From contig CP068257.2 in NCBI GenBank assembly GCA_009914755.4, forward strand, positions 1,472,001 to 1,536,000: 64,000 nt of DNA, in the 5' to 3' direction. Under the pieces are notes generated by a model, which did not search any database, was not told where the DNA came from, and saw only the letters and a program-made list of their open reading frames with translations. Of this stretch, positions 29,901 to 46,349 are shown piece after piece (position 1 is the stretch's first letter; the number at the start of each line of letters is the position of its first letter). The position numbers were made by a program, and so were the translations under genes. Origin of the DNA: the human T2T-CHM13v2.0 reference genome, Homo sapiens.

Positions 29901-31950
29901 GATTATATACTGTACATTAAATACCAAAGTACCCCAAATATATATTTTATACTCTACATGAAATATCAAAGTTCACAAACTATATATTATATACTGTACA
30001 TATAATATCAAAGTACCCAAGGTATATATTCTATACTGTACAAAAAATAACAAAGTACCAAAAGCATGTATAATATACTGTACATAAAATATGAAAGTAC
30101 ATCAAATATATATTTTATTCTGTACATAAAATATCAAAGTACACCAGATATATATTCTATAGTGTACATAAAATATCAAAGTACCCAAACTATACATTAT
30201 ATACTGTAAATAAAATATGAAATTACATCAAATATATTTTATATTAGGTACCTAAAATATGAAAGTACATCAAATATAGATTATATACTGTACATTAAAT
30301 ACCAAAGTACCCCAAATATATATTTTATACTGTACATGAAATATCAAAGTTCACAAACTATATATTATATACTGTACATAAATTATCAAAGTACCCAAGG
30401 TATATATTCTATACTGTACAAAAAATATCAAAGTACCCAAAGCATGTATTATATACTGTACATAAAATATGAAAGTACATCAAATATATATTTTATTCTG
30501 TACATAAAATATCAAAGTACACCAGATATATATTTTATAGTGTACATAAAATAACGAAGTACCCAAACTATAAATTATATACTGTACATAAAATATGAAA
30601 TTACATCAAATATATATTAGGTACATAAAATATGAAAGTACATCAAATATAGATTATATACTGTACATAAAATATCAATGTACCCCAAATATATATTTTA
30701 TACTGTACATGAAATATCAAAGTTCACAAACCATATATTGTATACTGTACATAAAATATCAAAGTACCCAAGGTATGTATTCTATACTGTACAAAAAATA
30801 TCAAAGTACCCAAAGCATGTATTATATAGTGTACATAAAATATGAAAGTACATCAAATATATATTTTATTCTGTACATAAAATACCAAAGAACACCAGAT
30901 ATATATTCTATAGTGTACATAAAATATCAAAGTACACAAACTATACATTATATACTGTACATAAAATATGAAATTACATCAAATATATATTATATTAGGT
31001 ACATAAAATATGAAAGTACATCAAATATAGATTATATACTGTACATAAAATATCAAAGTACCCCAAATATATATTATATACTCTACCTGAAATATCAAAG
31101 TTCACAAACTATATATTATATACTGTACATAAAATAAAGTACACAAAGTATATATTCTATACTGTACAAAAAATATCAAAGTACCCAAAGCATGTATTAT
31201 ATACTGTACATAAAATATGAAAGTACATCAAATATATATTTTATTCTGTACATAAAATATCAAAGTACACCAGATATATATTCTATAGTGTACATAAAAT
31301 ATGAAAGTACCCAAACTATACATTATATACTGTACATAAAATATGAAATTACATCAAATATATATTATATTAGGTACATAAAATATGGAAGTACATCAAA
31401 TATAGATTATATACTGTACATAAAATATCAAGGTACCCCAAATATATATTATATACTCTACATGAAATATCAAAGTTCACAAACTATATATTATATACTG
31501 TACATAAAATATCAAAGTACCCAAGGTATATATTCCATACTGCACAAAAAATTTCAAAGCACCCAAAGCATGTATTATATACTGTATATAAAATATGAAA
31601 GTACATCAAATATATATTTTATTCTGTACATAAAATATCAAAGTACACCAGATATATATTCTATAGTGTACATAAAATAACAAAGTACACAAACTATAAA
31701 TTATATACTGTACATAAAATATGAAATTACATCAAATATATATTAGGTACATAAAATATGAAAGTACATCAAATATAGATTATATACTGTACATAAAATA
31801 TCAAAGTACCCCAAATATATATTATATACTCTACATGAAATATCAAAGTTCACAAACTATATATTATATACTGTACATAAAATATCAAATTACCCAAGGT
31901 ATATATTCTATACTGTACAAAAAATATCAAAGTACCCAAAGCATGTATTA
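23950..31950. repeat. Super-unit U1 (~8.0 kb) of a large tandem super-repeat, near-identical to U3 at +13.64 kb
   Basis: Fourteen consecutive ORFs from 24575 to 32472 recur at +13639/13640 (38215 ... 46111) with 0-1 aa differences each. The rare variants tagtgtctataaaattacaaaatacac and ctgtaatgtacaaaaaa at ~24290-24440 recur at ~37930-38080. The fused 39-bp monomer 31124-31162 recurs at 44763-44801. Confidence 0.8.
31124..31162. repeat. Aberrant 39-bp monomer tgtacataaaataaagtacacaaagtatatattctatac (a 3-bp deletion plus substitutions in a G-type monomer); a lineage marker
   Basis: Read directly. The same variant is at 36754-36792 (+5630) and 44763-44801 (+13639). Confidence 0.85.
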
Positions 31951-34900
31951 TATACTGTACATAAAATATGAAAGTACATCAAATATATATTTTATTCTGT
32001 ACATAAATCATCAAAGTACACCAGATATATATTCTATAGTGTACATAAAATATAAAAGTACCGAAACTATACATTATATACTGTACATAAAATATGAAAT
32101 TACATCAAATATATATTATATTAGGTACATAATATATGAAAGTACATCAAATATAGATTATATACTGTACATAAAATATCAAAGTACCCGAAATATATAT
32201 TATATACTCTACATGAAATATCAAAGTTCACAAACTATATATTATATACTGTACATAAAATATCAAAGTACCCAAGGTATATATTCTGTAATGTACAAAA
32301 AATATCAAAGTATCCAAAGCATGTATTATACACTGTATATAAAATATGAAAGTACATTAAATATATATTTTATTCTGTACATAAAATATCAAAGTACACC
32401 AGATATATATTCTATAGTGTCTATAAAATAACAAAATACACAAACTATAAATTATATACTGTACATAAAATATGAAATTACATCAAATATATATTAGGTA
32501 CATAAAATATGAAAGTACATCAAATATAGATTATATACTGTACATAAAATGTCAATGTACCCCAAATATATATTTTATACTCTACATGAAATATCAAAGT
32601 TCACAAACCATATATTATATACTGTACATAAAATATCAAGGTACCCAAGATATATTCTATACTGTACAAAAAATATCAAAGTACCCAAAGCATGTATTAT
32701 ATACTGTACATAAAATATGAAAGCACATCAAATATATATTTTATTCTGTACATAAAACATCAAAGTACACCAGATATATATTCTATACTGTACAAAAAAT
32801 ATCAAAGTACCCAAAGCATGTATTATATACTGTACATAAAATATGAAATTACATCAAATATATATTATATTAGGTACATAAAATATGAAAGCACATCAAA
32901 TATAGATTATATACTGTACATTAAATACCAAAGTAACACAAATATATATTTTATACTGTACATCAAATATCAAAGTTCACAAACTATATATTATATACTG
33001 TACATAAAATATCAAAGTACCCAAGGTATATATTCTATACTGTACAAAAAATATCAAAGTACCCAAAGCATGTATTATATACTGTACATAAAATATGAAA
33101 GTACATCAAATATATATTTTATTCTGTACATAAAATATCAAAGTACACCAGATATATATTCTATAGTGTACATAAAATATCAAAGTACCCAAACTATACA
33201 TTATATACTGTACATAAAATATGAGATTACATCAAATATATATAATATTAGCTACATAAAATATGAAAGTTCATCAGATATAGATTATATACTGTACATA
33301 AAATATCAAAGTACCCCAAGTATATATTATATTCTCTACATGAAATATCAAAGTTCACAAACTATATATTATATACTGTACATAAAATATCAAATTACCC
33401 ATGGTATATATTCTATACTGTACAAAAAATATCAAAGTACCCAAAGCATGTATTATATACTGTATACAAAATATGAAAATACATTAAATATATATTTTAT
33501 TCTGTACATAAAATATCAAAGTACACCAGATATGTATTCTATAGTGTACATAAAATAACAAAGTACACAAACTATAAATTATATACTGTACGTAAAATAT
33601 GAAATTACATCAAATATATATTAGGTACATAAAATATGAAAGTACATCAAATATAGATTATATACTGTACATATAATATCAATGTACCCCAAATATATAT
33701 TTTATACTCTACATGAAATATCAAAGTTCACAAACCATACATTATATACTGTACATAAAATATCAAAGTACCCAAGGTATATATTCTATACTGTACGAAA
33801 AATATCAAAGTACCCAAAGCATGTATTATATACTGTACATAAAATAAGAAAGTACATCAAATATATATTTTATTCTGTACATAAAATATCAAAGTACACC
33901 AGATATATATTCTATAGTGTACATAAATTATCAAAGTACCCAAACTATACATTATATACTGTACATAAAATATGAAATTACATCAAATATATATTAGGTA
34001 CATAAAATATGAAAGTATATCAAATATAGATTATATACTGTACATATAATATCAATGTACCCCAAATATATATTTTCTACTCTACATGAAATATCAAAAT
34101 TCACAAACTATATATTATATACTGTAAATAAAATATCAAAGTACCCAAGGTATATATTCTATACTGTACAAAAAATATCAAAGTACCCAAAGCATGTATT
34201 ATATACTGTACATAAAATATGAAAGTACATCAAATATATATTTTATTCTGTACATAAAATATCAAAGTACACCAGATATATATTCTATAGTGTACATAAA
34301 ATATCAATGTACCCAAACTATACATTATATACTGTACATAAAATATGAAATTACATCAAATATATATTATATTAGGTACATAAAATATGAAAGCACATCA
34401 AATATAGATTATATACTGTACATTAAAAGCCAAAGTACCCCAAATATATATTTTATACTGTACATCAAATATCAAAGTTCACAAACTATATATTATATAC
34501 TGTACATAAAATATCAAAGTACCCAAGGTATATATTCTATACTGTACAAAAAATATCAAAGTATCCAAAGCATGTATTATATACTGTATATAAAATATGA
34601 AAGTACGTCAAATATATATTTTATTCTGTACATAAAATATCAAAGTACACCAGATATATATTCTATAGTGTACATAAAATAACAAAGTACACAAACTATA
34701 AATTATATACTGTACATAAAATATGAAATTACATCAAATATATATTAGGTACATAAAATATGAAAGTACATCAAATATAGATTATATACTGTACATAAAA
34801 TATCAATGTACCCCAAATATATATTTTATACTCTACATGAAATGTCAAAGTTCACAAACCATATATTATATACTGTACATAAAATATCAAAGTACCCAAG

Positions 34901-37600
34901 GTATATATTCTATACTATACAAAAAGTATCAAAGTACCCAAAGCATGTATTATATACTGTACCTAAAATATGAAAGTACATCAAATATATATTTTATTCT
35001 GTACATAAAATATCAAAGTACACCAGATATATATTCTATAGTGTACATAAAATATCAAAGTACCCAAACTATATATTATATACTGTACATAAAATATGAA
35101 ATTACATCAAATATATTTTATATTAGGTACATAAAATATGAAAGTACATCAAATATAGATTATATACTGTACATTAAATACCAAAGTACCCCAAATATAT
35201 ATTTTATACTGTACATGAAATATCAAAGTTCACAAACTATATATTATATACTGTACATATAATATCAAAGTACCCAGGGTATATATTCTATACTGTACAA
35301 AAAATAACAAAGTACCAAAAGCATGTATAATATACTGTACATAAAATATGAAAGTACATCAAATATATATTTTATTCTGTACATAAAATATCAAAGTACA
35401 CCAGATATATATTCTATAGTGTACATAAAATATCAAAGTACCCAAACTATACATTATATACCGTACATAAAATATGAAATTACATCAAATATATATTAGG
35501 TTCATAAAATATGAATGTACATCAAATATAGATTATATACTGTACATTAAATACCAAAGTACCCCAAATATATATTTTATACTCTACATGAAATATCAAA
35601 GTTCACAAACTATATATTATATACTGTACATAAAATATCAAAGTACCCAAGGTATATATTCTATACTGTACAAAAAATAACAAAGTACCAAAAGCATGTA
35701 TAATATACTGTACATAAAATATGAAAGTACATCAAATATATATTTTATTCTGTACATAAAATATCAAAGTACACCAGATATATATTCTATAGTGTACATA
35801 AAATATCAAAGTACCCAAACTATACATTATATACTGTAAATAAAATATGAAATTACATCAAATATATTTTATATTAGGTACCTAAAATATGAAAGTACAT
35901 CAAATATAGATTATATACTGTACATTAAATACCAAAGTACCCCAAATATATATTTTATACTGTACATGAAATATCAAAGTTCACAAACTATATATTATAT
36001 ACTGTACATTAATTATCAAAGTACCCAAGGTATATATTCTATACTGTACAAAAAATATCAAAGTACCCAAAGCATGTATTATATACTGTACATAAAATAT
36101 GAAAGTACATCAAATATATATTTTATTCTGTACATAAAATATCAAAGTACACCAGATATATATTTTATAGTGTACATAAAATAACGAAGTACCCAAACTA
36201 TAAATTATATACTGTACATAAAATATGAAATTACATCAAATATATATTAGGTACATAAAATATGAAAGTACATCAAATATAGATTATATACTGTACATAA
36301 AATATCAATGTACCCCAAATATATATTTTATACTGTACATGAAATATCAAAGTTCACAAACCATATATTGTATACTGTACATAAAATATCAAAGTACCCA
36401 AGGTATGTATTCTATACTGTACAAAAAATATCAAAGTACCCAAAGCATGTATTATATACTGTACATAAAATATGAAAGTACATCAAATATATATTTTATT
36501 CTGTACATAAATTATCAAAGAACACCAGATATATATTCTATAGTGTACATAAAATATCAAAGTACACAAACTATACATTATATACTGTACATAAAATATG
36601 AAATTACATCAAATATATATTATATTAGGTACATAAAATATGAAAGTACATCAAATATAGATTATATACTGTACATAAAATATCAAAGTACCCCAAATAT
36701 ATATTATATACTCTACATGAAATATCAAAGTTCACAAACTATATATTATATACTATACATAAAATAAAGTACACAAAGTATATATTCTATACTGTACAAA
36801 AAATATCAAAGTACCCAAAGCATGTATTATATACTGTACATAAAATATGAAAGTACATCAAATATATATTTTATTCTGTACATAAAATATCAAAGTACAC
36901 CAGATATATATTCTATAGTGTACATAAAATATGAAAGTACCCAAACTATACATTATATACTGTACATAAAATATGAAATTACATCAAATATATATTATAT
37001 TAGGTACATAAAATATGAAAGTACATCAAATATAGATTATATACTGTACATAAAATATCAAGGTACCCCAAATATATATTATATACTCTACATGAAATAT
37101 CAAAGTTCACAAACTATATATTATATACTGTACATAAAATATCAAAGTACCCAAGGTATATATTCCATACTGCACAAAAAATTTCAAAGCACCCAAAGCA
37201 TGTATTATATACTGTATATAAAATATGAAAGTACATCAAATATATATTTTATTCTGTACATAAAATATCAAAGTACACCAGATATATATTCTATAGTGTA
37301 CATAAAATAACAAAGTACACAAACTATAAATTATATACTGTACATAAAATATGAAATTACATCAAATATATATTAGGTACATAAAATATGAAAGTACATC
37401 AAATATAGATTATATACTGTACATAAAATATCAAAGTACCCCAAATATATATTATATACTCTACATGAAATATCAAAGTTCACAAACTATATATTATATA
37501 CTGTACATAAAATATCAAAATACCCAAGGTATATATTCTATACTGTACAAAAAATATCAAAGTACCCAAAGCATGTATTATATACTGTACATAAAATATG
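31950..37600. repeat. Super-unit U2 (~5.65 kb), a copy of U1 lacking ~2.4 kb (it matches U1 27.08-32.05 kb at offset ~5.63 kb)
   Basis: ORFs 30336, 30595, 31192 and 31721 recur at +5630 (35966, 36225, 36822, 37351) with 0-3 aa differences. 32701 onward equals 27081 onward (offset 5620). 28660 <-> 34194 sit at offset 5534, which implies small monomer indels. The fused 39-bp monomer recurs at 36754-36792. Confidence 0.7.
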
Positions 37601-40600
37601 AAAGTACATCAAATATATATTTTATTCTGTACATAAAACATAAAGGACACCAGATATATATTCTATAGTGTACATAAAATATAAAAGTACCAAAACTATA
37701 CATTATATACTGTACATAAAATATGAAATTACATCAAATATATATTATATTAGGTACATAATATATGAAAGTACATCAAATATAGATTATATACACTACA
37801 TAAAATATCAAAGTACCCGAAATATGTATTATATACTCTACATGAAATATCAAAGTTCACAAACTATATATTATATACTGTACATAAAATATCAAAGTAC
37901 CCAAGGTATATATTCTGTAATGTACAAAAAATATCAAAGTATCCAAAGCATGTATTATACACTGTATATAAAATATGAAATTACATTAAATATATATTTT
38001 ATTCTGTACATAAAATATCAAAGTACACCAGATATATATTCTATAGTGTCTATAAAATTACAAAATACACAAACTATAAATTATATACTGTACATAAAAT
38101 ATGAAATTACATCAAATATATATTAGGTACATAAAATATGAAAGTACATCAAATATAGATTATATACTGTACATATAATATCAATGTACCCCAAATATAT
38201 ATTTTATACTCTACATGAAATATCAAAGTTCACAAACCATACATTATATACTGTACATAAAATATCAAATTACCCAAGGTATATATTCTATACTGTACAA
38301 AAAATATCAAAGTACCCAAAGCATGTATTATATACTGTACATAAAATATGAAAGTACATCAAATATATATTTTATTCTGTACATAAAATATCAAAGTACA
38401 CCAGATATATATTCTATAGTGTACATAAAATATCAAATTACCCAAACTATACATTATATACTGTACATAAAATATGAAATTACATCAAATATATATTATA
38501 TTAGGTACATAAAATATGAAAGTACATCAAATATAGATTATATACTGTACATAAAATATCAAAGTACCCAAATATATATTATATACTCTACATGAAATAT
38601 CAAAGTTCACAAACTATATATTATATACTATACATAAAATATCAAAGTACCCAAGGTATATATTCTATACTGTACAAAAAATATCAAAGTACCCAAAGCA
38701 TGTATTATATACTGTACATAAAATATGAAAGTACATCAAATATATATTTTATTCTGTACATAAAATATCAAAGTACACCAGATATATATTCTATAGTGTA
38801 CATAAAATAACAAAGTACACAAACTATAAATTATATACTGTACATAAAATATGAAATTACATCAAATATATATTAGGTACATAAAATATGAAAGTACATC
38901 AAATATAGATTATATACTGTACATAAAATATCAAAGTACCCCAAATATATATTATATACTGTACATGAAATATCAAAGTTCACAAACTATATATTATATA
39001 CTGTACATAAAATATCAAAGTACCCGAGGTATATATTCTATACTGTACAAAAAATATCAAAGTACCCAAAACATGTATTATATACTGTACATAAAATATG
39101 AAAGTACATCAAATATATATTTTATTCTGTACATAAAATATCAAAGTACACCAGATATATATTCTATAGTGTACATAAAATAACAAAGTACACAAACGAT
39201 AAATTATATACTGTACATAAAATATGACATTACATCAAATATATATTAGGTACATAAAATATGAAAGTACATCAAATATAGATTATATACTGTACATAAA
39301 ATATCAATGTACCCCAAATATATATTTTATACTCTACATGAAATATCAAAGTTCACAAACCATATATTATATACTGTACATATAATATCAAAGTACCCAA
39401 GGTATATATTCTATACAGTACAAAAAATATCAAAGTACCCAAAGCATGTATTTTATACTGTACATAAAATATGAAACTACATCAAATATATATTTTATTC
39501 TGGACAAAAAATATCAAAGTACACCAGACATATTTTCTATAGTGTACATAAAATATCAAAGTACCCAAAGCATGTATTATATACTGTACATAAAATATGA
39601 AAGTACATCAAATATATATTTTATTCTGTACATAAAATATCAAAGTACACCAGATATATATTCTATAGTGTACATAAAATATCAAAAGTACCCAAACTAT
39701 ACATTATATACTGTACATAAAATATGAACTTACATCAAATATATATTATATTAGTACATAAAATATGAAAGTACATCAAATATAGATTATATACTGTACA
39801 TTAAATACCAAAGTACCCCAAATATATATTTTATACTGTACATGTAATATCAAAGTTCACACACTATATATTATATACTGTACATAAAATATCAAAGTAC
39901 CCAAGGTATATATTCTATACTGTACAAAAAACATCAAAGTACCCAAAGCATGTATTATATACTGTACATAAAATATGAAAGTACATCAAATATATATTTT
40001 ATTCTGTACATAAAATATCAAAGTACACCAGATATATATTCTATAGTGTATATAAAATATCAAAGTACCCAAACTATAAATTATATACTGTACATAAAAT
40101 ATGAAATTACATCAAATATATATTATATTAGGTACATAAAATATGAAAGTACATCAAATATAGATTATATACTGTACATAAAATATCAAAGTACCCCAAA
40201 GATATATTATATACTCTACATGAAATATCAAAGTTCACAAACTATATATTATATACTGTACATAAAATATCAAAGTACCCAAGGTATATATTCTATACTG
40301 TACAAAAAATATCAAAGTACCCAAAGCATGTATTATATACTGTATATAAAATATGAAAGTACATCAAATATATATTTTATTCTGTACATAAAATATCAAA
40401 GTACACCAGATATATATTCTATAGTGTACATAAAATAACAAAGTACACAAACTATAAATTATATACTGTACGTAAAATATGAAATTACATCAAATATATA
40501 TTAGGTACATAAAATATGAAAGTACATCAAATATAGATTATATACTGTACATATATTATCAATGTACCCCAAATATATATTTTATACTCTACATGAAATA

Positions 40601-43600
40601 TCAAAGTTCAGAAACCATATATTATATACTGTACATAAAATATCAAAGTACCCAAGGTATATATTCTATACTGTACAAAAAATATCAAAGTACCCAAAGC
40701 ATGTATTATATACTGTACATAAAATATGAAAGCACATCAAATATATATTTTATTCTGTACATAAAACATCAAAGTACACCAGATATATATTCTATACTGT
40801 ACAAAAAATATCAAAGTACCCAAAGCATGTATTATATACTGTACATAAAATATGAAATTACATCAAATATATATTATATTAGGTACATAAAATATGAAAG
40901 CACATCAAATATAGATTATATACTGTACATTAAATACCAAAGTAACACAAATATATATTTTATACTGTAAATCAAATATCAAAGTTCACAAACTATATAT
41001 TATATACTGTACATAAAATATCAAAGTACCCAAGGTATGTATTCTATACTGTATAAAAAATATCAAAGTACCCAAAGCATGTATTATATACTGTACATAA
41101 AATATGAAAGTACATCAAATATATATTTTATTCTGTACATAAAATATCAAAGTACACCAGATATATATTCTGTAGTGTACATAAAATATCAAAGTACCCA
41201 AACTATACATTATATACTGTACATAAAATATGAGATTACATCAAATATATATAATATTAGCTACATAAAATATGAAAGTACATCAGATATAGATTATATA
41301 CTGTACAAAAAATATCAAAGTACCCCAAATATATATTATATTCTCTACATGAAATATCAAAGTTCACAAACTATATATTATATACTGTACATAAAATATC
41401 AAAGTACCCATGGTATATATTCTATACTGTACAAAAAATATCAAAGTACCCAAAGCATGTATTATATACTGTATACAAAATATGAAAATACATTAAATAT
41501 ATATTTTATTCTGTACATAAAATATCAAAGTACACCAGATATGTATTCTATAGTGTACATAAAATAACAAAGTACACAAACTATAAATTATATACTGTAC
41601 GTAAAATATGAAATTACATCAAATATATATTAGGTACATAAAATATGAAAGTACATCAAATATAGATTATATACTGTACATATAATATCAATGTACCCCA
41701 AATATATATTTTATACTCTACATGAAATATCAAAGTTCACAAACCATACATTATATACTGTACATAAAATATCAAAGTACCCAAGGTATATATTCTATAC
41801 TGTACGAAAAATATCAAAGTACCCAAAGCATGTATTATATACTGTACATAAAATATGAAAGTACATCAAATATATATTTTATTCTGTACATAAAATATCA
41901 AAGTACACCAGATATATATTCTATAGTGTACATAAAATATCAAAGTACCCAAACTATACATTATATACTGTACATAAAATATGAAATTACATCAAATATA
42001 TATTAGGTACATAAAATATGAAAGTATATCAAATATAGATTATATACTGTACATATAATATCAATGTACCCCAAATATATATTTTATACTCTACATGAAA
42101 TATCAAAATTCACAAACTATATATTATATACTGTACATAAAATATCAAAGTACCCAAGTTATATATTCTATACTGTACAAAAAATATCAAAGTACCCAAA
42201 GCATGTTTTATATACTGTACATAAAATATGAAAGTACATCAAATATATATTTTATTCTGTAAATAAAATATCAAAGTACACCAGATATATATTCTATAGT
42301 GTACATAAAATATCAATGTACCCAAACTATACATTATATACTGTACATAAAATATGAAATTACATCAAATATATATTATATTAGGTACATAAAATATGAA
42401 AGCACATCAAATATAGATTATATACTGTACATTAAATGCCAAAGTACCCCAAATATATATTTTATACTGTACATCAAATATCAAAGTTCACAAACTATAT
42501 ATTATATACTGTACATAAAATATCAAAGTACCCAAGGTATATATTCTATACTGTACAAAAAATATCAAAGTATCCAAAGCATGTATTATATACTTTATAT
42601 AAAATATGAAAGTACGTCAAATATATATTTTATTCTGTACATAAAATATCAAAGTACACCAGATATATATTCTATAGTGTACATAAAATAACAAAGTACA
42701 CAAACTATAAATTATATACTGTACATAAAATATGAAATTACATCAAATATATATTAGGTACATAAAATATGAAAGTACATCAAATATAGATTATATACTG
42801 TACATATAATATCAATGTACCCCAAATATATATTTTATACTCTACATGAAATATCAAAGTTCACAAACCATATATTATATACTGTACATAAAATATCAAA
42901 GTACCCAAGGTATATATTCTATACTATACAAAAAGTATCAAAGTACCCAAAGCATGTATTATATACTGTACCTAAAATATGAAAGTACATCAAATATATA
43001 TTTTATTCTGTACATAAAATATCAAAGTACACCAGATATATATTCTATACTGTACATAAAATATCAAAGTACCCAAACTATATATTATATACTGTACATA
43101 AAATATGAAATTACATCAAATATATTTTATATTAGGTACATAAAATATGAAAGTACATCAAATATAGATTATATACTGTACATTAAATACCAAAGTACCC
43201 CAAATATATATTTTATACTGTACATAAAATATCAAAGTTCACAAACTATATATTATATACTGTACATATAATATCAAAGTACCCAGGGTATATATTCTAT
43301 ACTGTACAAAAAATAACAAAGTACCAAAAGCATGTATAATATACTGTACATAAAATTTGAAAGTACATCAAATATATATTTTATTCTGTACATAAAATAT
43401 CAAAGTACACCCGATATATATTCTATAGTGTACATAAAATATCAAAGTACCCAAACTATACATTATATACCGTACATAAAATATGAAATTACATCAAATA
43501 TATATTAGGTTCATAAAATATGAAAGTACATCAAATATAGATTATATACTGTACATTAAATACCAAAGTACCCCAAATATATATTTTATACTCTACATGA

Positions 43601-45600
43601 AATATCAAAGTTCACAAACTATATATTATATACTGTACATATAATATCAAAGTACCCAAGGTATATATTCTATACTGTACAAAAAATAACAAAGTACCAA
43701 AAGCATGTATAATATACTGTACATAAAATATGAAAGTACATCAAATATATATTTTATTCTGTACATAAAATATCAAAGTACACCAGATATATATTCTATA
43801 GTGTACATAAAATATCAAAGTACCCAAACTATACATTATATACTGTAAATAAAATATGAAATTACATCAAATATATTTTATATTAGGTACCTAAAATATG
43901 AAAGTACATCAAATATAGATTATATACTGTACATTAAATACCAAAGTACCCCAAATATATATTTTATACTGTACATGAAATATCAAAGTTCACAAACTAT
44001 ATATTATATACTGTACATAAATTATCAAAGTACCCAAGGTATATATTCTATACTGTACAAAAAATATCAAAGTACCCAAAGCATGTATTATATACTGTAC
44101 ATAAAATATGAAAGTACATCAAATATATATTTTATTCTGTACATAAAATATCAAAGTACACCAGATATATATTTTATAGTGTACATAAAATAACGAAGTA
44201 CCCAAACTATAAATTATATACTGTACATAAAATATGAAATTACATCAAATATATATTAGGTACATAAAATATGAAAGTACATCAAATATAGATTATATAC
44301 TGTACATAAAATATCAATGTACCCCAAATATATATTTTATACTGTACATGAAATATCAAAGTTCACAAACCATATATTGTATACTGTACATAAAATATCA
44401 AAGTACCCAAGGTATGTATTCTATACTGTACAAAAAATATCAAAGTACCCAAAGCATGTATTATATAGTGTACATAAAATATGAAAGTACATCAAATATA
44501 TATTTTATTCTGTACATAAAATATCAAAGAACACCAGATATATATTCTATAGTGTACATAAAATATCAAAGTACACAAACTATACATTATATACTGTACA
44601 TAAAATATGAAATTACATCAAATATATATTATATTAGGTACATAAAATATGAAAGTACATCAAATATAGATTATATACTGTACATAAAATATCAAAGTAC
44701 CCCAAATATATATTATATACTCTACCTGAAATATCAAAGTTCACAAACTATATATTATATACTGTACATAAAATAAAGTACACAAAGTATATATTCTATA
44801 CTGTACAAAAAATATCAAAGTACCCAAAGCATGTATTATATACTGTACATAAAATATGAAAGTACATCAAATATATATTTTATTCTGTACATAAAATATC
44901 AAAGTACACCAGATATATATTCTATAGTGTACATAAAATATGAAAGTACCCAAACTATACATTATATACTGTACATAAAATATGAAATTACATCAAATAT
45001 ATATTATATTAGGTACATAAAATATGGAAGTACATCAAATATAGATTATATACTGTACATAAAATATCAAGGTACCCCAAATATATATTATATACTCTAC
45101 ATGAAATATCAAAGTTCACAAACTATATATTATATACTGTACATAAAATATCAAAGTACCCAAGGTATATATTCCATACTGCACAAAAAATTTCAAAGCA
45201 CCCAAAGCATGTATTATATACTGTATATAAAATATGAAAGTACATCAAATATATATTTTATTCTGTACATAAAATATCAAAGTACACCAGATATATATTC
45301 TATAGTGTACATAAAATAACAAAGTACACAAACTATAAATTATATACTGTACATAAAATATGAAATTACATCAAATATATATTAGGTACATAAAATATGA
45401 AAGTACATCAAATATAGATTATATACTGTACATAAAATATCAAAGTACCCCAAATATATATTATATACTCTACATGAAATATCAAAGTTCACAAACTATA
45501 TATTATATACTGTACATAAAATATCAAATTACCCAAGGTATATATTCTATACTGTACAAAAAATATCAAAGTACCCAAAGCATGTATTATATACTGTACA
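37600..45600. repeat. Super-unit U3 (~8.0 kb), near-identical to U1. A partial U4 follows at 45600-46350.
   Basis: See U1. 45360..46070 = 31721..32431 (236 aa, identical) and 46111..46359 = 32472..32720. Similarity to U1/U2 ends at ~46.35 kb: the sequence from 46331 carries gaaagtacatc where the copy from 32691 carries gaaagcacatc. Confidence 0.8.
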
Positions 45601-46349
45601 TAAAATATGAAAGTACATCAAATATATATTTTATTCTGTACATAAATCATCAAAGTACACCAGATATATATTCTATAGTGTACATAAAATATAAAAGTAC
45701 CGAAACTATACATTATATACTGTACATAAAATATGAAATTACATCAAATATATATTATATTAGGTACATAATATATGAAAGTACATCAAATATAGATTAT
45801 ATACTGTACATAAAATATCAAAGTACCCGAAATATATATTATATACTCTACATGAAATATCAAAGTTCACAAACTATATATTATATACTGTACATAAAAT
45901 ATCAAAGTACCCAAGGTATATATTCTGTAATGTACAAAAAATATCAAAGTATCCAAAGCATGTATTATACACTGTATATAAAATATGAAAGTACATTAAA
46001 TATATATTTTATTCTGTACATAAAATATCAAAGTACACCAGATATATATTCTATAGTGTCTATAAAATAACAAAATACACAAACTATAAATTATATACTG
46101 TACATAAAATATGAAATTACATCAAATATATATTAGGTACATAAAATATGAAAGTACATCAAATATAGATTATATACTGTACATAAAATGTCAATGTACC
46201 CCAAATATATATTTTATACTCTACATGAAATATCAAAGTTCACAAACCATATATTATATACTGTACATAAAATATCAAGGTACCCAAGATATATTCTATA
46301 CTGTACAAAAAATATCAAAGTACCCAAAGCATGTATTATATACTGTACA

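Noticed and set aside
37600-38150. Simple single 13.64-kb tandem duplication as the full explanation of the 24-46 kb structure
   Set aside because: The 32.7-37.6 kb segment matches 27.1-32.05 kb at a different offset (5.63 kb), and 37.7-38.1 kb is a mosaic of U1-like and U2-like variants. The data fit an ~8-kb tandem super-unit with one internally deleted copy plus conversion better than a single event. I report the offsets and leave the exact history open.
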